DNA of 64,000 bases from Rebecca billardiae RCC1528 (Eukaryota; Protista; Haptophyta), in assembly GCA_965240325.2 (NCBI GenBank), contig OZ251222.1:248001-312000 (forward strand). The letters are read 5' to 3'. The notes beneath the pieces are model-generated. The model did no database searches. It worked only from the letters and a program-made list of their open reading frames with translations, and was not told where the DNA came from. Numbering within the stretch: position 1 is the first letter of the stretch; every line of letters starts with the position of its first letter. A program made the position numbers and the translations under genes. Below, in pieces: positions 57,563 through 64,000 of this stretch.

Positions 57563-58253
57563 GGTTTGGTTCAACTGGGGCCTTGGGCGGCTGCCGGCTG
57601 GGCGCTGCTTTTTGGCCAAATAAAGCCCAAAATACATATGGAAGCATCAAAATCATATAGTAGATCGCTGGCCAAATAATAACTTTTGGGCGACATCAAG
57701 ACAGAAGTCACGATGGCGGACCCCGTTCGCCATGCGCGTCGGGCCGCCACTCCGCCAGCCGACTGCGGCTTTCAGAGCGATCTACGGCGACCATACTTCT
57801 ACCATACTTCTACTGTCTGAGTCCCTTTAGCAGCATCAAATATCAATCCTGCGTCATCCGGATTCGGTCGCGTCGGGCCGCGTCCGCCGAGCCCGAGCCC
57901 GAGTCCTCGGGCCCGCTCAAATACTATACGACTCAGTCGACTGACGACGAATCGTCGCGTGAGACGGGTCACGCTCACCGGCCACCGGGTCACGGCCACG
58001 GGACTTGACGGGAGTCATTGACATTGCCATTGGCGCCCCGCCCGGCCGGCGCGCCGCCGCGGACTCGGGCTGCAAGCCGCAAGGCGGCCCGACGGACACG
58101 GTATGGCACCGTGATTCGTACTAGTGTTGTCCCGCTGTATCTTATGGCGCGGAGAATCACGGAGCCGTCGCGTCGGGCAGCAAATATCGCCGCCGCCCTC
58201 ACTCGGTTCAGAGGACGACAGACCAGGAGGCGGTCCTGGGCGTGGCGGCGCGA

Positions 58254-60509
58254 TCAGGCAGCGCGCGGCGGCAGGGCGTCCGCATGGGCGCGGCCCTGCG
58301 CGAGCTCGACTGTCGTGTTGAGCGGCAGGCTGTCGAACGTCTCGCACGGCGGCGGCGCGCCCGCGCCCCGCCCGCCGCTCGGCCAGCACACCGTGACGCT
58401 CGCGGCGCCGCCGGGCGGCTGCGGCCCCAGGCCCGCGCACGTGCGGCGCGTGTCGTGCTGGCTGGCGTCGGCGGGGCCGGACACGTCGCGCCGCACGGTG
58501 CGGCCGCCCGCGCTCAGGAGGAGGAGCGCGCCGAGCGCGTCGCGGTTGGCGTGCGCGCCACGCAGCCGCACGCACAGCCACGCGCCGAGCTGCCGCGCCT
58601 CGTTCCGCCAGAGGAACGTGCTGTTGCGGTCGCTGAGCAGCACGTCCACGCGCCCGTCACCGTCGTAGTCCGCGAGCGCCGCGGACACGTGCGGGAAGGT
58701 GCGCGCACGCGCCATCGCCCGGGCGTCGCTCGCTTCGGAACGGAAGCCCGTGGCAGTAAGCGGATGGCCGAACCGCGTGGGGAAGGCCCGGCTGAAGCGC
58801 AGCGTGCCGTGCGCGTTACCCAGCACGACCAGCGCGTGCGGCGCGCGCTCGGAGGATGCCGCCGCGCCGCTCGTGCACACGCCGAGCGCGTCCAGCTGGC
58901 CGTCGTTGTCGAGGTCGGCGGCGGCGAGCGGCTCGGCGCGGACGCAGGGCGAGCGCTCGGGGCCCGCCACGTCGATGGTGGCCATCGGCGACTGGGCGAG
59001 CAGCTCGGCCGGCCCCGCGTACAACGCGAGCGTGGCGGACGGGTACTCGGCCGCGCACGTGAGCAGCTCGAGCGTCGACGGCTCGCCATCAAAGTCGGCC
59101 GCCACGATCGCGCACGGCCGGCGCCGGCTGCGGCGCGCGCGCGCGCCCAGCTGCGAAAAGCGGCCGTCGTCGCGCAGCGCGTCGACGACTAGCCGCGCGC
59201 GCGTCTGCGTGATCACGTGCGTCACGCCGCCGCGCCGCGCGTGCGTGTTCAGCGTGCCGACGGAGTACAGGATGCCCGCTCGGCCCTCCTCCCACGCGCT
59301 CGTGTTGAGGCCAAGCAGGGGTGGCTCCGAGCCTGCGCTGCCCGCTGTGGCCGGCGGCGGCGAGGCGAAGGCGAAGCGCTCGCCCGCGCGCGGCGGCCTG
59401 CCGAGGTGCAGCGAGGACGGTCGCGCGTGGCCCGTCTTGCGCGGCCAGTTCACCGCGAGCACGTCCAGCCAGCCGTCCGCGTTGAAGTCGGCCGCGCTGA
59501 AGCCGTGCGTGCGCTCCAGCGCGCACGCCAGCCCGGCGGCGGCCGCCGCGTGCCGGCCGCCCACGAGGTTGCCCGAGCCATCGGGGGCGTACAGCGCGTT
59601 CCAAGTGTCGGACGCCCCCTTCGCGCCGGTGCCGAAGCACCCGTCCCCGTCCGAGCCCAGCCCGCACGCGCTCACGTTCGCGTGCCCCTGCGCCGCGCCG
59701 ATCGACTGGAGCAGCTCCTGGGAGCCATCGCCGTCAAGGTCGGCCCACAGCGCGCCGTGCCCGTCAAACCAGGGTCTCACGCAGCGCTGCCCGCCGAGCG
59801 ACGTGCCGGGCAGGCCGGAGGCGACGGTGGGCCGGGATGTGTCGCGCGTAGCGTTCGGTGCGTCGGTCGGCGCGTACCGCGCGTCGGTCGTGCGCAGCGC
59901 GGAGCGCGCCCACACGCGCGGGTGCAGTGAGCACGCGGCCGTGCAGCGCGCCGTGAAGGTGCCGTCGCACCGGCTCTCGAAGAGCAGCTTGGACTGGCCG
60001 TGCAGCGCGAGGTAGATGTCCGCGCAGCCGTCGTTGTTGAAGTCCATCCACGACACGCCCCACAGCTCGTGGGACGCGCACGCGGTCGCCTCCGCCGCGG
60101 CCCCGGCGGCGGGGCCGGCAGCGGGCTGCTCCGCGCCGCTGCGTCCAAACGCCGAGATCGCAGCCGTCTCCTCTTGGGGCTCGGGGCCAGTCGGAAACAC
60201 TGACCGCCAGTAATTGTGTGCGTTGCACTCCCGTATCGGGCAGGCATGCCACGCCACACCCGCCGCGGCGGTCACGTCGCGCAGCTGGAAGCGGTCGCCG
60301 AGCGGTGCTGCGCCGCGCGGCTTTGGCCCGGTGCTATCGCCTGTGTTGGGCCATGCGGCGGTCTGAGAGAGGGTGCCCGCCACGACGCGCGCGAGACGCT
60401 CCTTCGTAGGCTTCCACCAGCGCGGCTTGGCGTGCACGTCAACACCGCGCAGCACGGCGAGCGCGGCGAGCACCAGGACCCCCGGGGGTGAGGGACGCGC
60501 CGGCGCCAT
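58254..60509 (-). CDS. Secreted FG-GAP/VCBS repeat protein with C-terminal ASPIC/UnbV domain (CRTAC1-like)
   Basis: DFNNDGCADIY, DLDGDGSQEL, DFNADGWLDV, DLDNDGQLD and DYDGDGRVDV. C-terminal WLCVRLRG..ANRDALGA...GLG...VTVCWPSG. Confidence 0.85.
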   Translation of the reverse strand: MAPARPSPPGVLVLAALAVLRGVDVHAKPRWWKPTKERLARVVAGTLSQTAAWPNTGDSTGPKPRGAAPLGDRFQLRDVTAAAGVAWHACPIRECNAHNYWRSVFPTGPEPQEETAAISAFGRSGAEQPAAGPAAGAAAEATACASHELWGVSWMDFNNDGCADIYLALHGQSKLLFESRCDGTFTARCTAACSLHPRVWARSALRTTDARYAPTDAPNATRDTSRPTVASGLPGTSLGGQRCVRPWFDGHGALWADLDGDGSQELLQSIGAAQGHANVSACGLGSDGDGCFGTGAKGASDTWNALYAPDGSGNLVGGRHAAAAAGLACALERTHGFSAADFNADGWLDVLAVNWPRKTGHARPSSLHLGRPPRAGERFAFASPPPATAGSAGSEPPLLGLNTSAWEEGRAGILYSVGTLNTHARRGGVTHVITQTRARLVVDALRDDGRFSQLGARARRSRRRPCAIVAADFDGEPSTLELLTCAAEYPSATLALYAGPAELLAQSPMATIDVAGPERSPCVRAEPLAAADLDNDGQLDALGVCTSGAAASSERAPHALVVLGNAHGTLRFSRAFPTRFGHPLTATGFRSEASDARAMARARTFPHVSAALADYDGDGRVDVLLSDRNSTFLWRNEARQLGAWLCVRLRGAHANRDALGALLLLSAGGRTVRRDVSGPADASQHDTRRTCAGLGPQPPGGAASVTVCWPSGGRGAGAPPPCETFDSLPLNTTVELAQGRAHADALPPRAA

Positions 60510-61154
60510 CGGTTGGACGCGACGTGCCCCAAACTCCGCAAGTTCAAGCAAGGGGGTTCAATCAACCCTTGCGGTTAAAGTACGTACGCAGCTCTGGTAC
60601 GCAGCGCTGTCGGTATCGACTGATCCTGTAGTTTCCTTCCAAGGAATGAAAGGCGGGGGGGGTAATCTCGCCTGCCTGAGCTGTGTGCGTCTCTTATTCT
60701 TAGTAAACTGTAAAGGGGGTTCCAACTGGTGGGTACGGTATCGTTTCTGCTCACGACGTGAGCCATTTCGGACTCTGCCTACAGGGGTGGCTAGCACAAT
60801 CATGTACACAATCTATGGGGATAAGACACAAAAACGAATAAAAGCGAGCAGACGACCGAGCGCTCATCTGATGAAGAAGACCCGAACCGTGTTCAGGCTG
60901 TTCCGAATGTCAAGCAGCTGGCGCTGAACTATGCCCGCCCTGCGTGAGCGCGTGAGCAGCCCAGTGCGTCTAGCTGCCTGAGGCGCACACTTCACGACGA
61001 CCGGTGCAGTGCACAGCAGCCGCGCTGCTAGTCGGCCCGCAGCGACCCGGGCCAGCGTGAGCCGCTGAGCGGGCATGATTGGGCGTTGACTTAGACACGG
61101 ACTGGTGATTAATTATCACGGCGGTGCCTATAGATCACTGGTCGCGATCACGGA

Positions 61155-64000
61155 TCAGCCCGGCGCCCTCGGCTGCAGGTGGCGCGACACGTACGCGGCG
61201 ACGCACGCCCACAGCACGAGCACGGCGGCGGCGAGCCCCAGCCGCGCGCGCCCGCCCGAGCGCAGCCGCGCGCCCGCGCGCTCGAGCTCGGCGCGCAGCT
61301 CGGCCGCGCCCGCGCCGCGCGGCTCGCCGTCCGCGCCGCACACGCCGAGGAACTCGTGCTCGTCGCCCGCGAGCTCGCGCCAGTGCACGCGGCAGAGCCC
61401 GTCGACGGCGAGCGCGCGCGCGGCGTTGAGCGCGCCGAACGCGAGCACGACGAGCACGACGCGCGCGAGCGCCGCGTGCGCCGCCCACTCGGCGCCGCAG
61501 CCGCAGCCAGCCGAGAGCGCCTCGATCAGCGGCCGGGGCGGCCCTGAGCACGTGGGCTGGCACGGAGGGAGCGCGGCGCAGTCGAAGGCTTGGCGCGCGA
61601 GCGTCGCGTTGGGCGGCGCGCCGGCGCACGCGCGCGTCGCGAGCAGCGCCGCCGCCGCCGAGCCGGCCGGCGCGCCGGGCGCGACGCACGCGCGCAACAC
61701 GGCGAGGTCCTCGGCCGCTCGCGCGCGCGCGGCGCTGAGCGCGCGCGCCTCGGCCGCGGCCGCGCGCGCGGCGTCGGCCGAGGCGCGCTCGCGCGCGGCG
61801 CACGCCTCGCCGCGCTGCCGCTCGCTCGCCGCGATCCCGCGCGCGAGCGCGTCGTCGCCCGCGCTCGCCGCGTGGTTGTACGCCACGGCATACAAGTTGC
61901 GGCTGACAATCGTGCCGCCGCCCGGCCCGGCGCCGGCGCCGGCGCCGGCGGCGTGGCCGATGGCGCGCGCGGCGTGGCCGGCGCGGGCGTCGGTCGGCGC
62001 GACGCAGCCGTGCACGTAGCTGCCGTACATGCCCGCCCAGAGCGAGACGCCCACCGAGAGCGCCGCGCCGCCCAGCGCGAGCGCGACCGCGCCCATCGCC
62101 ACCGGCGAGCACAGCGCGCGCGCCGCGAGCGCGCCCGGGCCGCGCGCGAGCGCGCGCACGCACGCGCCCGCCGCGCCCGCCGCCGCGCGCTGCGGCCGCG
62201 CGCCGCGCACGTCGAGCACGCCGACGCCCGCGTCGGCGCCGCGCGCGAAGAAGCGCGCGACGAGGCGCAGCGACTGCATCGCGCGCATGCACCCGTCCAG
62301 CGCGAGCGCGAGGCCGAGCAGCGCGCCCAGCCGCGCGCGCACCCACGGCACCGCCACTGGAAGCCACACCAGAGGCACGGGCGCGCGCGCCGCAGCGTCG
62401 TCCGAAGCGCCGGGCGCGAGGCGCGAGTGCGAGAAGCGCTCGCGCGCGGACTCGGCGGCGGCGGCCGCGGCGGCCGTCTCGTTCCGCGCGCGCGCCGCCG
62501 ACTCCGCCGCCGCGCCGCCCAGCGCGCCGATCGCCGCGTCCGCGCGCGCGCGCGCCGCGCCCGTGCGCTCCGCAAACTCCGAGCGCGCCACGCTCGCGTT
62601 GAGCGGCGGCGGGTCGTAGTCGGCAAAGAGCGCCGGCAGGGAGCGGAGGTACGGGCGGACGGCGGCGTCGTACGCCGCGCTGGCCGCGTCGCTCGCCGCG
62701 CGCGGCGTCGCGGCCAGCCGCTCGCGCACGGCGCGCAGCGCGAGCGGCGCGCCCTCGGGCAGCGCGGCGCGCAGGTCGCCGCTCGCCAGCCCAGCCGGCA
62801 GCCGCGGCGGCTCTGCGGAGAGAGTGAGGGCGGGCGCTCGGACGCTCGGGAGCTCGGCGACGCCGGGCGGCAGCACGGCGGCGCGCACGGAGGCGAGCGC
62901 GTCGAAGACGCGCGACACGTCCGCCAGCGTGCCCTCCACGCTCGTCGCGTACGCCCTCGCGCGCGCCGCGTTCGCGCGCGCCGACTCGGCCGCCGCCTCG
63001 TAGGCGGCGCCCAGTCGCGCAAACGCGCCGCTGAGAGCCTCCTGCGCGGGCGGCGCGCCGAGCGGGCAGCGCGCGGCGTGGGCGTCGTCGGCGTCGTCGG
63101 CGGCGTCGCCCACGGCGACGCACGCGAGCAGCTCCGCCGGCGGGCTCACCGCCGCCACGCTCGCGTTCAGCGCGCCCAGCTGCGCGCGCCACGCCGCCTC
63201 GACCGCCGCTGGCAGCGCGCGCACGTAGCGCAGCTTGGCCGCTAGGTAGTCGCGGTCGTACTGCGCGCGCGCGAGGGCGGCATGGAGGGTGGCGTCGTGC
63301 GCGGCGGCGGCGGAGGCGGCGAGCGCGCTCGTCGCGTTGAGCGCGCTCGCCTGCGCCGCCGTCGCGCCGCCCACGATCGCCTCCACGCGCGCGCGCTCGT
63401 CGCGCCCGCACGCGTCCGCGCGCGCCGCGCCCAGCCACGAGTCAAGGTTCGTACCGCGCCGCCGCGCGCGGTACAGCTCGTCGGCGGCGTCGTCGCGAGC
63501 GCGCGTGCACTCGGCGTGGTCGGCGCGTAGGCGCTCGAGTGTGCGCGCGTTCGCCCCCGCGGCCGCGCCCGTCGCCGCGTCCTCCAGCTCGAGCGCGCCG
63601 TCGAGCGCGCGCGCGCACGCGCCGAGCTGCGTGTCCGCGCACCGCGCGTGCGCCTCGCGCTCGGCGGCGGCGCGCGCCCGAAGGGCGTCGCACGCGCCGT
63701 AGACCTCGTCGAAGCGCGGGGCGGCGACAAGCGCGCCGGTCAGCGCGCGGCAAACGCCGAGCGAGCTGAGCCACAGCAGGCCGAGCGCGAGCAGGCAGAT
63801 GGCCAGCCGGTTCAGCAGCGCGCTCGCCGCCGCGTCGCCGCCGGCCGGCGCGTCCGGCGCAGGCGCGCCGTCGGCGGCCGGCGAGGGGGCGCGCTCGTGC
63901 GCGGGCTCGGCGCGCTCGGCGTCGCCCTTGCGCTCGTCGCCGCCCTCCGCCCCCAACCGCCCCGCCGCCGCGCGCGGGGCGTCGCCGTCGTCGAGCAGCG
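61155..64000 (-). CDS. Uncharacterised multi-pass membrane protein with large Cys-containing helical ectodomains (5' end outside window)
   Basis: More than 930 codons open, about 5 hydrophobic segments, coiled-coil-like luminal regions with paired Cys. Confidence 0.7.
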   Translation of the reverse strand, partial: LLDDGDAPRAAAGRLGAEGGDERKGDAERAEPAHERAPSPAADGAPAPDAPAGGDAAASALLNRLAICLLALGLLWLSSLGVCRALTGALVAAPRFDEVYGACDALRARAAAEREAHARCADTQLGACARALDGALELEDAATGAAAGANARTLERLRADHAECTRARDDAADELYRARRRGTNLDSWLGAARADACGRDERARVEAIVGGATAAQASALNATSALAASAAAAHDATLHAALARAQYDRDYLAAKLRYVRALPAAVEAAWRAQLGALNASVAAVSPPAELLACVAVGDAADDADDAHAARCPLGAPPAQEALSGAFARLGAAYEAAAESARANAARARAYATSVEGTLADVSRVFDALASVRAAVLPPGVAELPSVRAPALTLSAEPPRLPAGLASGDLRAALPEGAPLALRAVRERLAATPRAASDAASAAYDAAVRPYLRSLPALFADYDPPPLNASVARSEFAERTGAARARADAAIGALGGAAAESAARARNETAAAAAAAESARERFSHSRLAPGASDDAAARAPVPLVWLPVAVPWVRARLGALLGLALALDGCMRAMQSLRLVARFFARGADAGVGVLDVRGARPQRAAAGAAGACVRALARGPGALAARALCSPVAMGAVALALGGAALSVGVSLWAGMYGSYVHGCVAPTDARAGHAARAIGHAAGAGAGAGPGGGTIVSRNLYAVAYNHAASAGDDALARGIAASERQRGEACAARERASADAARAAAAEARALSAARARAAEDLAVLRACVAPGAPAGSAAAALLATRACAGAPPNATLARQAFDCAALPPCQPTCSGPPRPLIEALSAGCGCGAEWAAHAALARVVLVVLAFGALNAARALAVDGLCRVHWRELAGDEHEFLGVCGADGEPRGAGAAELRAELERAGARLRSGGRARLGLAAAVLVLWACVAAYVSRHLQPRAPG

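Noticed and set aside
60868-60890. CTGATGA motifs (also at 9432 and 47134) as hammerhead ribozyme cores
   Set aside because: No stem II followed by GAAA and no compatible flanking stems.

Overview
Gene-dense eukaryotic nuclear DNA with very high GC (coding regions are visibly above 70% GC). It has short GT-AG introns (about 100-195 bp) and a flagellar gene. The composition, intron style and signal-peptide-bearing putative plastid proteins suggest an alga with a complex plastid, probably a haptophyte of the Pavlova/Diacronema type (inference, not verified). About 20 protein-coding genes can be supported. They include a BioD/CobQ-like P-loop protein, an mTERF-like protein, THOC6, CFAP47, a myristoylated IQ-motif protein, USP36/42-like, transportin-3/importin-13-like, a GARP/SHAQKYF Myb, a 2OG-Fe(II) oxygenase, TRAPPC13, two divergent glycosyltransferases, arylamine N-acetyltransferase, a dual-specificity phosphatase, RMND5/GID2, TVP15-like and three surface or membrane proteins. 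I reconstructed 14 introns by hand. The most unusual structure is non-coding. There is a reciprocally nested MITE-like complex at about 40.26-41.96 kb and two further foldback elements at about 1.1-1.45 kb and 3.1-4.1 kb. Comparing the repeat copies reveals a one-sided mutational signature of short duplications with 0-2 filler bases. No rRNA, tRNA or CRISPR array was recognised. Most long antisense or alternative-frame ORFs are GC artefacts.
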